NCBI RefSeq assembly: GCF_000150275.1
Contig: NW_002060951.1
Location: 1,870,297 to 1,934,296, forward strand
Length of the DNA stretch: 64,000 bases
Direction: 5' to 3'
Source: Trichoplax adhaerens
Taxonomy: Eukaryota > Animalia > Placozoa
The notes under the pieces: model-generated
The model's input: only the letters and a program-made list of their open reading frames with translations
The model's database searches: none
What the model was told of the DNA's origin: nothing
Shown here: piece after piece, positions 50,561 through 64,000 of the stretch
How the letters are laid out: each line of letters begins with the position of its first letter
Numbering within the stretch: the stretch's first letter is position 1
Program-made: the position numbers and the translations under genes

Positions 50561-51669
50561 ATGACCAGTCCCTGTAATAATAGCGCAATCTCTCAAGTAT
50601 TGGCTAGGACTTGTGGATTTGATAGCATCATCACCAATTTACATGTAATCACTACATGCATTAGAAACTATAGACCCAAACTAGAGAAACCGCAAGAATA
50701 ATTTGAATTAATGAGGGCTCTCTCCAAAAATTAAATGCTGTGACTTCTCGAAATTATTGTAATAGGAAAAGGAAAAAATGAGTAAAGTAGCTATATTATT
50801 TTTTACTAACTTACCTATGGCTTACATGATGTCGTCACTTACTCAACTATATTAGCAATATCTGACGCATTCAATAATGGCGAAGCAAAGTTCTCCTCCA
50901 TTCATGTCAGCAAATAGAAAAATGTTTAGGTCAAGTACAGTTTCGTGATTGATCAATTAGCCATTTGGAATCATAGCTTTCTCTGTCAAGTGTTACGATT
51001 TCTAACTACTACGGGATCAACAGTTTCCGTTTGGATAACACTAATAATTGCGATTGATCAATTTATTATGATTGTTTACCCATTAAAAATGAATTGCAAA
51101 TTTACTGTACTCTGCACAACTTGGATATGCCGTGTTATTTTGGTTAATGGTTGCATTTGCAGTCCACTAACTATTATCTTAGGAAAATTAACTTTACTTT
51201 CGAAAGACAATAGTTGGTATAGTCGGTTGTGTATTATAGATGATTTGGATAATGATGTAGTTATTGCCTTTGCAGCATTCATAGCTGTTAATAGCTTGCT
51301 TATTTATATTGTTGTTCTATATTACTCTTTATTGCATTGGACCATGTCCGAAACTTTAAACTCCGAATTAGACCTCAAGACAATAACAATCCACATCGAT
51401 CCAATAATCGACGCGAGAGCACCAAAACTAGCCTTGTAATCACACGCATGATTATAATCATTAATATCTTACGTTGGTTACTGACAACGTTGCTATCACT
51501 TCTTTTTGCTCTTGGAATAAAACGTATTGGATATCCAGTGTTTGCTGCTCCTGGGACTTTGATCACATTGCTATTTCCAGCAAATGGTTTAATTAATGCG
51601 ATAGTTTTTACTGTATTAATACACATGATTAAAATCAAACGCCAGAAAGCTCGTTTCATTACAAAATGA
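50561..51669 (+). pseudogene. Full-length LGR-like GPCR pseudogene, close paralog of 42750-43877
   Basis: Starts MTSPCNNSAI (the parent has MTSLFNNSIV). It has a premature TAA at 50699 and 1-nt deletions near 50840 and 51316 relative to the parent. Track ORFs 50945-51439 and 51337-51669 are its pieces in different frames. Confidence 0.9.
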
Positions 51670-54600
51670 TTTAAAAATAGAGAAGAATACTCCTCGGTAT
51701 TCCTTAGAATCCAAAAATTATTACTCGATATTAAAAGTATTGCGTATGGTTTACTCGTCGTATCAAGTCTGACAAATTTGTACAGCGCTACATCATTTGC
51801 TGAAAACTATTTCACAGTGGTTACCAGGTCACAATGTTGTTCTAATGAAGACAACGTAAGTATACAAACATTGTGGTTACTCTTATAAAAACATGCTATT
51901 GGCATCAAGTATTATAGATTTCAAATCGAAATTGAATTGAAGTACTTATTAATAGCAACTGTTATCCCAATTCACTATTTTAAAAATTGACTGATCCGCC
52001 ATTAAATTCTAAAACTAAACAATGACCGCCTCTCAAAATCGCTTAAATTCAATTAAGACTGAATTATGAGAATCTCAACCCCATATACCCGTAAAATCAT
52101 CAGCTTATGGTTATAAATTTTAAGTAAGGACTACAAAATGTCATTACTTCTAATTGCACAGTTGTTATCCAGATTTTGAGAATATACGAATTTTTATCAA
52201 ATGCTGAACATGTAAAAGTATATCAAACTTACGTAAGCCTTCACATAATTAGAATTAAACTTATGTGATATCAATAGAGATGATAGCGTGGCATATTCGC
52301 ATGGAATAGACTTAAGGACAATATTTACAGTAAACTTCTTAAAGTTGAGCTAATGGTTGTGATTAATAATTAATTGGTACAATTTTCAGAAGTATTATGG
52401 CGAGTTAGTAACTTAAACAGTTAAAGACCCGATAATTTCACTAGTAGCGATTATGCAAAGTTCAAGTTCCAGTAGTAATTACGGACAGCATGACAATAGC
52501 TATTCTGGCTGACGTTGAAACATTTATTAACAAGTACCTTCTTCAATGATGAGCAGGATCAAGTAATAATATCGAATTACCTCAAATTGACATGTTTTGT
52601 ACATTTTATGAGCCCAGTATGCCCCCAATAACTGTAAATTAGTACTTACTCATTCGAGCAGTAACCGAAATTTGAATTTATAACCTAAACTCTAACGAAT
52701 TAAAGCAATCTGAAGTCTTACGATAAACCAGTATGATTACGTAGAAATCTATTATTTATCCATTCTAATCTCCTAACTTTTATCATAATAAGGGAAATTA
52801 TCTTGAGATTTTAAACTTAATTTTGATATGTAATTGTCACGATGTCAAACCAGCTTCGTGACAAGGATAACGTAAAACAAATCTCTAAATTACTACAGTC
52901 TCCGGGATCCAGTATCCCTTAACTATCTCACAAGAATTTAGACGCCTTTGATTCTACGTTAAACTCAACTAGACAATTGAGAACTACTTTATTCAACTAT
53001 CTGACCGGATTATATACCCTTCTACAGCAGCTAACATTCATGAGTCATCTTATAAAAATACTTAGGTGACAACATCTACTAACTAGTTTTTCACAGTCGG
53101 ACTACAATATGTCCATTCACAGAATCATTTCAGTGCACATTACAGCACAGCATTAAATTTACTGTAACACATTTATAATTAGAGTAATTCCTATTGTAAG
53201 TAACTAGTTGTAATATAGTATCACTATATTATATTAGCCAAATTTAGATAGCTATTTCTTCACGGTAGTTCGTACCGTGACAGTAATGATAACATGAATC
53301 CAATTCGATTTGAATAAACAAAATGATCGATAGTAATGATATGGGTATAGCAATTGATTACACCATTGTTGAAAGCGTAAATTAATTCTACACTATCGAA
53401 TACAAACAGTAAAGTTAGCTGGCTGTCAAAATTTTAATCATTGAGTCGGCACAATCATAAATATAAACTAGTAAGAAAGATTGCTATATAACTAGTCTAT
53501 CAATTTTTTTCACTTAAAGGATCGACAAGAATGAAATAGAGTCTTACCGTATGTACACGCATTAAGAATGAAATTGTTGCAAAGAAATTTATCATAAAAC
53601 TCTGCAGCCATTTAAATTATTTAAGATTTTTGCAATGTGATAAAACAACTCTTACTAATTAAATAGCTATGAAAAAAATACTAAATTTGGGAAATTAGTT
53701 AGGATTGCGAAGTGTACGATTAATGAAAATATATAGTTGTAATTTATGGCTCATGATTATTAATATCTTTGACTACAAATACCAGTATTGCATGTTATTT
53801 CTAGCGTAACTTTGTAAAAATGTCAAAATACTAACATTTCCCTAAAAACTATACTTAAAAGTTTCTTTGTTATCGTCAGAAACCTATGATTTTGTCGTAA
53901 CATTTATAGGTATGTTATATTGAAAACTGCAAGTGAAATTACGCAATAGCAAAGGTACAAGTACATTAAAGTATTGGTACAAAACTGCATTAATATTACA
54001 TTTTTCACCTATAATTTGCTTAGCAGCCATATTCAAAGGTTCAAAATAACTGATCAGACATTCAACAATGTGTTATATACTGAAGTAATAACGCTATCTT
54101 AAGATATTCAGTTTATATGGTAATTAGGTAAATAAAGCGAATCTATCTTTAGATACACTACCCTGTTATCTACAATAATTTCTTGTGATAATTGTACAAC
54201 AATTATGCGGACACGTTAATCAAAAAAATTGTATTCGCTATAAATAAATAATGATGGGGTTTTATTCGCTGTATTATCGCAGGTGCCGCTACATTGGAAC
54301 ATAGAAAAATTCTATGGAATATAATGAAGCTAATTTCTTAGTAATAATTAAAGCCGCAGATCTAAATTGAATAGAAAATCATTACCAGCTTACTAATGTA
54401 TCATAAATTCATAAAAAATGCAGAGTAAATAAGTAATTATATCTTATCTCTATTCAAAATACGAAACTGATGCTAAAACTGACGCTAAAGCAAAAGATTT
54501 AATACAATTATTAATCACTAAATTAGCGTTAATAAGATTTTAACAACATTACTGCCAGTATTATATTTACATAGTTTGTTAATAATTAAGCATTAACAAT

Positions 54601-57600
54601 ATATTAATTTTATTGTAATACAATGCATTTATTCGCTTATTTTGCAAATATCAATAGATTTATTGAAGAACGAATATTTCAGTACTATGATAACTATAAG
54701 AAATTTCTAGCAATAATGCTACTATTTTATAAAATCTCGAATATTTTCAAGACTTTAATTCATAATGAAATTGACTATATTATGTTGAGATATAGTAATT
54801 AATAATGACCAAACTTGTAGATCGGTTAAATATCCAATTTATTTAGTTAAAATTAGAAACCTACCAAAGGAGTTACGAGATCGAATCTAATTAATAACCC
54901 TACGCTAACTCTCTCCAGCTTGGCTTGCATTGCCTTTAATACCATAAATTTTATGCACTCAGATTCAGGTACAGATTAATAATTTAAGACAATTATACTA
55001 TGCAAAGAACCGTATCTAAATCTTGACAATTTAACATCCGGGTACTAATGTTAGTCATTGCACCAGCAATAAATACCATACATGAACATAACATATTGAA
55101 TAACGTTTATCTATCACTATAAATAAATCAGCTGAGATACGTTGGCACTAACAATAAAATTTACACCATACATTTATAATACTATATTATTTTAGGCTAC
55201 TAGATGGGTAACCTATTATGTGTCTAATTGATTTAAGAATTTATAAAATGCCTCTTTAAATTATTCTGTCTTGTCCCTTAATCTGTTATTGAAACTACTT
55301 GCAAATATCGTCTGTGGAACAATAATAAGTAATCTTTGTAAGTCTGATTGAGAAAGATACCACATAGATTAAGCACACTAGTAGTACACTGTGCTTTCCT
55401 TCAACTGTAAGCCCGTACCATAATTTATAAATTCACAATCTATTCAAAGTAATTCAAATTCAGTAAATTTTGTTGTGGTAATAATACGGATATCGTATTG
55501 GGCTTTATGAATCAATCAAAATGTATTTTAAATTAAAGTATTTTTACTGGAGGAGGTAATATTAACGAGTATATGGTATATAGTGTCATACTGGTATATA
55601 AAATAATATCAAGAACAACTAATAAATATTAATTAGCTAACCTTATAATACATTTTGTCTAGCTAATTACGATTATTGAGATCTAGCAAATTACATGCTA
55701 GATAAAATGTCATTGAAGATAATTTTTATTACAGCGCTTATTATTACTTTTAAATATTTAAGCGGAACTACTGCAATTTCAAAGCATGATATTTTATACC
55801 GGAAGCCTTATAATCAACTTCTCATTCCAAAACCCAACTGTGTCAATATATTTTAATGTTCTTTAAAATTTAAATAACCTAGTTTTTATTTTAATTCCGT
55901 TTTATCACTGCTACTTCACGCGAATCGTCAAATTTCTAACATTAGTATTAGTAATGAAATTATTTTTTTAAAATGGTTCAGTAAAGCTATTAAATCTATC
56001 CATTCCAAGTTTTATTTATTCATGACAATGATATATTTTTGGATAGCACTATGTATACGAATTTTTAAATATGGTCGATCAACACCTTTAATTCACAATG
56101 TGCAGTGAAAGAGATCATTATATATGGATATAAGGTTAATATTATTATCTAAGTATTTCCTCCACCGAAAGTAAACTTCAACGAATAGTGTTCCAAATGC
56201 CACATTCTATCATCGAAATCTCTGTATCATTTGTTGTTCTGTAAACCGCTGGATAATTAATCTTTATCACAAGAAAGCAAGCAATCGAATGAATAGCTTT
56301 GATTAGAATAAATAATTAAACAAGACCATCGTTTTGTCTCAAAGAAATAATGCATGAAATGTTTTTCCGTCTTATTATATCATAGTCACATCCTCTTAAG
56401 ATGATATTGTCGTAGATAACCTGCTAATATACAAACCAGAAAGTCATTATTATGCTCATCGCCGGTCGAATGATCGATCTGCCATTAATGAATTTCTAAA
56501 AAAATCGTGAATGAAATCATTGATTAATCAACCATAAAGGAAAATTGTAAACCAACTAAATTGTTTTTCTTTCTTACTAGCCTATTTTAAAAAAACTTCC
56601 TCGTAACGACTATTCAGCTTGTTAAAAAATTAATCAGTATTTTGGTGTTCTTTCATAACTTGTTTACGAATTTATCATGACAACTCATTTAACAAAACAG
56701 GACTTCATATTCTATATTTTAATAATGCTGTTATGGTGTGATTATTTGTTACCATTAGTTACTGCAGTTTTTAACACATTTTATGCTACGATTGCTGATA
56801 TAGTGGTTCCGGCGGATATTTTCTAGCCAATTTATCAATTAGTAAGATTGTATATTGTATATCACAATGCATCAGCAGGGGGAAAGTTCGGTCATTATTA
56901 GTTTACGGTACGTTCTACACATCTGATTCGATAGCTCTCTTACTGCAGTTATCTATCTCAATATCGTCTAGTTTATGTATTGTCTATAATAAAAGTATGA
57001 AAAATAAAATAGATTAATTAACCTTCTTGCCTAGCCACGCAACTTAAAACAGATATTTTCTATACCTAGTCGACATTAATAACCCTTGAACATTTTAACC
57101 CTTTTAATCTTAATAAAAAAATGGCATGGACAATAAATGAGTCGCTAGTAGCTAATAGATTTTACAATACTTTGTTGACTAGAAAAGCGTATTGGAGAAA
57201 AATTGAAGAAAATAAAAATTTTATTCCTACAATATCAATAAATCAATTTAAATTAAAGGGCAATAATAATTTCAAATCGTTAATAAATAATTTACAAGTC
57301 CAACCTATGCGAAATAGCTTAATACAGTTTAAAATAATATCATAAATAAGCGTTTGTCTATTGAAATAGATTCTCTAGCAACCGTAGATTGCAATGTTCT
57401 TTCCATCAACTAACAGCAGTTAACTAATTTTTATACAATACGACATTATATGATTTTATCAGGTTATGGAATAAATAAATCGAAGATGACTCATCAAGGA
57501 TGCATTACCAGCCATACTTGCTCCATTAAATCATAAAAGACGATTTGAAGTGTTATCATCTGCTAAGATAGCATATTAACCAATAAGTAGAAAATTGAAG

Positions 57601-59060
57601 ATTTGAAAGTGGATAGATACTTCGCACGGCGATCCTATATGATCAAAGTAAAGTTTGTTATCGAAAGAATGTAAAGTTCCAAACTCAGCCATATTGCTCT
57701 AATAGTAAGATAAAGGAAGCGTTAGTGACAAAGTTATCCGCTAGAGAAGAGAATTGTCACTAGAATAAAGAAACTCAGATTTTACTATCAAAGAATTTTT
57801 GAAAATGCCAGTTCTTATACTTAAATATCAGGTATTGTGCTTATGGGTTCTATTTCACCGCATTAATATCCTGATAGCTTTTTGTTGCTAAATAATCGTG
57901 TCATATAAAAGCGAATTTTACTATTCTCAGGTTCTAGCATTGTACGGATATTTAACATAGGCATAAGTTATACTTATATCATTGTATTTGACCATCTGCT
58001 TATACAGAGCTATCAATAAACTTATTTCTATTATTATCCTTATAAAGATAATATTAGAATTAAGATAATGAACTAAAATACTATCATGTACCCATTCTTG
58101 TAAAAACGATATATCTTAAGTATCATAAGTTTGCAAAATAGAGCATGTAATAACACTTTTATAGGATTTACGGTAAAATCTTCTCCCGATAGTCTTGATT
58201 CCTATACTCACGCCATGCCTAAAGAGTCTATCCTGAATTAATAATAGCAACTATATTTTTTTGTATAGTTTTAAACATAATTCTTCTCACTAATGTTGTA
58301 TTTAACGTGTTATTCACATTAGACGTATAAGTATATCAATATTGAGGGTAATACACAATCTTATTAATATTTGTGGTGCCTTACTACAACTACGAGAAAG
58401 GTATATGTCCTAGTACACCTGAGAAAGGCTCGGTTCTATTAGATATTGCATATTGTATACGTCTTTCTGTTCTATTCTTTACTCTCATTGATATTATTTT
58501 TACCTTGATTACCTAATCTACTCTAGTCAATTAATTACAATTCATTATATGTTCGAATGTAGGTTAAAGCTCGAATTTTTCTATTCAGCTGTCAGTAAAC
58601 CTTCATCAGTAACTATACATGGTACAGATATAATAGATAATAATTACAACTTCATATTGTTGTAACTCTTATAACATTATAATTAAAGACTTCAAAAATA
58701 ATTATAGCATCGTTTATTCCAATAACCAAGATGGTATTAGTAATCATATAAACTTTTAGCCAAGTTTTAACTCGCTGCAGTACGCATTAGTCGACAATAT
58801 CATATCTTTACGTGAGTGCTATAGCTATAATCACAGTATTCCTTATCACGGGTAATCCAAATTGTAGCATGATACAAGAATTCATTTGCTGAATCAATGT
58901 ACAAAATTTCATTTTACGTTCGTTAAGATTATTCATGATATGGTATTGAGAACAGAAAGGAAATACAATAATTCATCCTAAATTATTATATAAGTGTAAC
59001 GTAATCCATAAAATATTTAAGACATCTATAGATGAATAGACAAGCTTCATGAAGATTTTG

Positions 59061-59293
59061 GTCCCAGTTTGGCATAATTTTTATTGCTAAAGATTTAATA
59101 CTTTAAAAATATTTTGGCTAACAATGTCAATATTATTCAGAGATGATAGGGTAAAGATCCTATGACTAATATCAAAAGCAAAATACCATTCCATTAAAAG
59201 GGGACAGAATGACTCTTTATAGAATAATGATAATTCAAGCAAATAAGCGAAAAATAGGTTTCCTCCTTCAGCCCACTTGAAAATCACCAGCAA
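59061..59293 (-). pseudogene. Possible decayed protein kinase fragment (subdomains V-VII)
   Basis: LVIFKWAEGGNL...AFDISH...LSSLNNIDIVSQNIF, then NYAKLG in another frame. These resemble E(Y/W)AEGGNL, AxDIxxG, LHSxNIIHRDIKSxNI and AKLGDFG in the correct order. Confidence 0.4.
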
Positions 59294-60085
59294 TTGATAA
59301 GTAATTTGCAGATGCTGTTCATATTAAGGGTCTGAATAAATGACATTATTGACATGAATTTAATGTTTTGAATTAGTCTATTTTCATCACGTGGTTCCTA
59401 TCTGCTCCGCTAAGTAAAGAAGCCGTTGAATTTTATTTATTATCCTCAACAATAGAACTTTCGATATTGCAGCAACAGAAATACATGATCTTATAAGAAA
59501 AAATTCCCTCTACAATACAATTAATGCAAGGTAATTCTTTATAGCTATATAATACATAATTAACAAATTCTGTGATTGAAAGATGTTATTAAGGGTGTAA
59601 GTGCATTTCAAATCATTTCTCACATACCGTCTTCTGATATAATATGCACTAGTAAATAATTTATATAATGCAAATAATACCGTAATGTAAAATATCGTAT
59701 CGATGGAGGAAATTCAAAAATCAAAAGGTTTCTATGTCAAATTATCTAAGCAGCACACTAAGAGAACACATTAATGATCACTTTAGCACAAGACGACCTT
59801 ACTTGTAGTATCAAAAAGTCCGCTAAAAGAAAAAGAATTTTGAACGGTGTATTTGTCAGGTGTAGCTCACGGAACTTATATACTAATACTTTAGTTTCAT
59901 TCCATTGTTAGCCAAGGCCTTGCCATTAGTAAAGCAAGGTTTAGCAATAAAATCTCACCGTTAAGTAAAAATATTTACTTAGGTGAAATTCAATCTATTA
60001 TAACTTCAGGTAATTCGGTAATGTTAAAGGCTATCCGAAAATAATTGGCACTATACTCTACGATCGATTTGCAAGTATTAAAATT

Positions 60086-61216
60086 ATGTTGGTTTTTCGT
60101 CAATTTATCCTGCCACAAATTATGTCATGGATTTGTGGACCTTTAGGCATCATAGCGAATTCCTATATTTTATACTTGACTTGGCAAAGGTTAAATATAC
60201 AGCAACATCCAGGTGTATTACTAAATATATTCTCTAATGGTAAATATATGCGAAGTAATCGTACAAACCAGCCGTATAATCTACGTCGTGGTCATATTGC
60301 AATGGGTAAAGTTGCTTGCTTATTATTTTTAAATTTAAGTGTATCCGATATGTTGGCATCGTTATACTTGACTGTACTAGCAGGCAGTGATGCATACTAT
60401 CGTCAGATTTATGTATCTCGCAATATCACTAATTTAACTCATAATATTTATCCAGATGTTATTGATCTTTTCCAGTGGAAATTGCAGCCAGCATGCTATG
60501 TATTACGATTTCTAACTACTACTGCCTCCATAGCTTCAGTTAATATTGCATTAATTATTACAATTGACCGATTTATTCTTATCATTTTTCCGTATCAACC
60601 TGATAAACGATTTACACTTAAACGTGCTAGCTTTGCTGTCGTAATCATATGGATTTATTCTATTTCATGCGGCATTCTTGCTATTCTCTTAGCTAAATTT
60701 ACTGTACCTCATCATAATACATTTACAACATGGTATAGCTCACTGTGTATATTAGATAGCTTACAAAACAAGTATGTTATCTTTATGACCGCTTATATTG
60801 GCATTAGCAATGTTGTGATATATTCTCTAATATGCACTATCTACATGATTATAATTGCTAAAACAAGAAGTTATCGTTCAACAATTGCTGCTAATCGGCA
60901 GCAAAACAATGGAACTCATCAATCTCAATATCGTATCCATAAATTAAATAATATTTATGTAGGTGTCGTGATTAACGGCTTAATTATTATAACTAATATT
61001 ACCTGTTGGTTACCTTCGGCCATAACAACAATACTTTATTCTGTTGGTTATGATAAGTTAAGCCGTGAAAACTTCGCTTTTCGCGGTATAATGACCGCTC
61101 TACTTTATTCTACTAATGGTTTAATTAACCCAATTATATTTTTAGCTATGTCGACATTAATGACACGAAAACGCCGAAGCAATAGAATTAATAACTCCAA
61201 AGATAATCAACTATAA
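60086..61216 (+). CDS. Class A GPCR with LGR/GRL101-type 7TM domain, no LRR ectodomain seen, single exon
   Basis: 376-aa ORF with MGKVACLLFLNLSVSDMLASLYL, WKLQPACYVLRFL, ITIDRF, WYSSLCI, TNITCWLP and TNGLINPIIF. It is a paralog of the 42750 gene. Confidence 0.9.
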   Translation: MLVFRQFILPQIMSWICGPLGIIANSYILYLTWQRLNIQQHPGVLLNIFSNGKYMRSNRTNQPYNLRRGHIAMGKVACLLFLNLSVSDMLASLYLTVLAGSDAYYRQIYVSRNITNLTHNIYPDVIDLFQWKLQPACYVLRFLTTTASIASVNIALIITIDRFILIIFPYQPDKRFTLKRASFAVVIIWIYSISCGILAILLAKFTVPHHNTFTTWYSSLCILDSLQNKYVIFMTAYIGISNVVIYSLICTIYMIIIAKTRSYRSTIAANRQQNNGTHQSQYRIHKLNNIYVGVVINGLIIITNITCWLPSAITTILYSVGYDKLSRENFAFRGIMTALLYSTNGLINPIIFLAMSTLMTRKRRSNRINNSKDNQL

Positions 61217-64000
61217 ATAGATAGTATATATATAACAATAGAAATAGCACAGAAATAAAGATTTTGGTTCAATGATAATTGCAAGAAGAAATATTGTGTT
61301 TTATAAATTTGAGATGTCCTCCTTGATTTTAACCGTATGTTTCTATATGATAATTTCATACCATACCTTCATCTTCATTTTGTCTTTTTCCAATACTCTA
61401 TCTCCACTCTTATCTCATTTTATATTTAATTATTATTAAAGCGTACAATACTTATGTTTATTGAAATGGATTAATAATGTGATTTGTTCCTCATCTCAAT
61501 TTTTAAATGAATAATCTTCGTGTTCTAACATCTTCAAATTAATATAACTAAGGCTGTATTATATTGACTGTCAGTGCAGTCTTCCTTTTCTGTCAAGTCA
61601 TTTTTATCTTTCTGGATACTCAAACAATCAAATCTTCATGTGTATTACAACTATTTTACTTAATTTACTTAATCCTAGAATTATAAGTCGGCCTTCATCT
61701 AGGTACAATATAGATTAAAGCGTAGCGATGTTATTATTACTTAACAATTCAGTCTAATACTTCGTACCGCTTACAAACAATTATCTAAATTATTGTATTC
61801 GTCTTGCTACTATGAATCCGACTAAATTGTTGGATTTATTTGTTATTATCATTCAGTAACGTAGATATTTTTAATTATTAAAATTTATCTATTGAAATCT
61901 TTAACCTAGTCGGTACATTGATAAGCTTATAAATACTTATTAAGATCCTCTGCTAATAAATATGAACATTTCAAACATTGATATCACTCAGTGACTTGTG
62001 TAGAAAGTATCATAGAAATTTTAAGTGTTAATAATGATTTGATTGCAACTTATAATTCAATTTACCGACTGCTAACTGTATCTGTATCAAAGCAGCGACT
62101 GTGATTTAGTAGTAGATTTCAATATGAGGAGCTGTAGATTTATTTCATATGCGTTCCACTTTGTAATAGCGTAATTTTTCATTCTGAAGTTATCCTAAAC
62201 GCACGTAGTAAAGTGATAAAGCTATATAAATTTGCTAATAGTCAAAATATTAATAAAAAAAGCTATCGATATCGGTAATTGTGAGGAATTGCTTTCTTTA
62301 TGTCAGTAATAACTTTCAAATAAAATGGTTAGCCACTTCTTATGGGCTATCAACTAGATAATAAGTTTTTGATAGGATGAGTATATATAAAATTTCTTCT
62401 TTGTAGATCCTGATACTAAATTTAAAATAAATTATGGACGGAATAGTCTGATCAGGTATGAGAAGCCTTAAATAATTATAAACTTTAATAGAATCATGTT
62501 GCGTTTACGGTTTACAATATTAGGTTTAATGCGGCAGGAAACATTTTTGTATCTGAATAGATCACTTCTTTCAAGACTTTGTTTCAGAATACACTACGCA
62601 TTGAAATATAAAGCTGTTAGGTCTATACTTAAAATTATTGTCAATTAAACATTTGCCTAAGTTAAGTTTTAAGGGCTTAAGCATAGATGCCATAATATGG
62701 AGCAAATATGAAAGTATATTTGATACTTATGATATTAAGGTGTCAAGGAATATGATACAGCATACTCTTCATCTTCACGCATATCATCAAACAACCGCTG
62801 TGATAGTATCGTACTCGGTCTAGTTCTCATAAAAGTATAGAAGGTAGTGGTCCACATACCCTACATATCCCAATTTAAGAAATTAGCAATAATTTTAATT
62901 TAACTTGCAGGCATTTTAAAAACCATTATGATAAAATTACCATACTTAGTTGGCTTTCCGTAATAAGGGTACCTTAAAGATTATCGAATTTCATTTTACG
63001 AGATCATAATATCGCCAGAAGATCCGACAGAATTGATACACTTCTATTCTGCTTAATTTTTACATTCTGCATCTTTAAAGCACCATGGTGACTCAGTTGT
63101 AGGCGGTTGCTAATTTTATATAATAATCATAATGAAGCATGACTAATATTGGAGGTTTTTGTTAATGTTTAATATTAGTTTCAATTAAGGTAAATACCCT
63201 TACATTCATTCACGTTAATAATTACACTGTATCACAATAAATCTGTTATAAACAGAACGTTATAACATCTTCATTAGCATTTTCTTAAGTTCGAGTTGAT
63301 TAATAAAAACGCTAAAATGCTTTAAAACATTCATCTTCAAAACATATATTTCAGTAGGACTAGGGCACTCGAACGAACATAAGCGCAACTCTGTTTGCAG
63401 TGACTTCAGTTCACAACTCTGATGAGCAGTACTGTATTGATGACTGGTACATTATATTTAAAAAGGATGCTTTCAAACATTCGCTTGCTATATTTAAGAA
63501 TCACTTCCTTGCTTGATTGAATAATATCGCCTTGTTTATCTATATAATTTATCATCTAGCATTGCTCATATCAACGAAAGGCTTCCTAATTTGCATCCGC
63601 GTTGGTTAATCAGACAATACGTACGTATAGAGTAATTTACGCGCCGATTCAAATTTTCAATTTAAGTAAGTCTTTTAATATAGCTAACTTTAATGAGTAC
63701 CGTTAACGGTATAGTCTTTACTCCACAAAAACCGTGCAAAGGTGAGATAACTACAACATAACGAAGTCTTAACTGTGATGCAACATGATTAGCTACGAAT
63801 TGTAAATTAACTGACGTGAATTTAAAGTAAGAATCTGTTATTAATGGAAAAGTCCATCAAATTTCTCATAAAAATAATACTTAGGATTTCGCTTGAAGTA
63901 AAATATACATACAACATTTAAATTCTGATCGCCGCTATCTAATCTTCAACTATGTAAAGTACTAATAATTTTAAACTTGAAAAGGTTATTTATAATATTC

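Noticed and set aside
57121-57345. 74-aa ORF
   Set aside because: AT-rich N/K/I composition with no motif or splice support.
63418-63445. CTGATGAG hammerhead ribozyme core
   Set aside because: No stem II followed by GAAA in a compatible position.

Overview
AT-rich eukaryotic (animal) genomic DNA with short GT-AG introns and intronless GPCRs. This style best fits a placozoan (Trichoplax-like) genome, which is an inference. The centre holds four spliced genes that I assembled by hand: a SPEC3/stum-family membrane protein (-, 19794-22391), PDH E2 DLAT (+, 24675-28099), ASH2L (-, 28751-33043) and ANAPC2 (+, 33685-39163), arranged as two head-to-head pairs. The left flank has two paralogous neuropeptide-receptor-like GPCRs that share degenerate activation motifs. 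The right flank has two intact LGR/GRL101-like 7TM receptors with no visible LRR ectodomain, plus one pseudogene and one 3' relic of that family. The most striking unexplained signal is that both divergent promoters, and no GPCR locus, carry self-complementary (GTACW)n 5-bp arrays around a short core with TF-like motifs, with weaker copies in nearby introns. Other observations are an apparent +1 frameshift in DLAT exon 3, a Helitron-type 3' terminus in an ANAPC2 intron and a decayed protein-kinase fragment near 59.1-59.3 kb.
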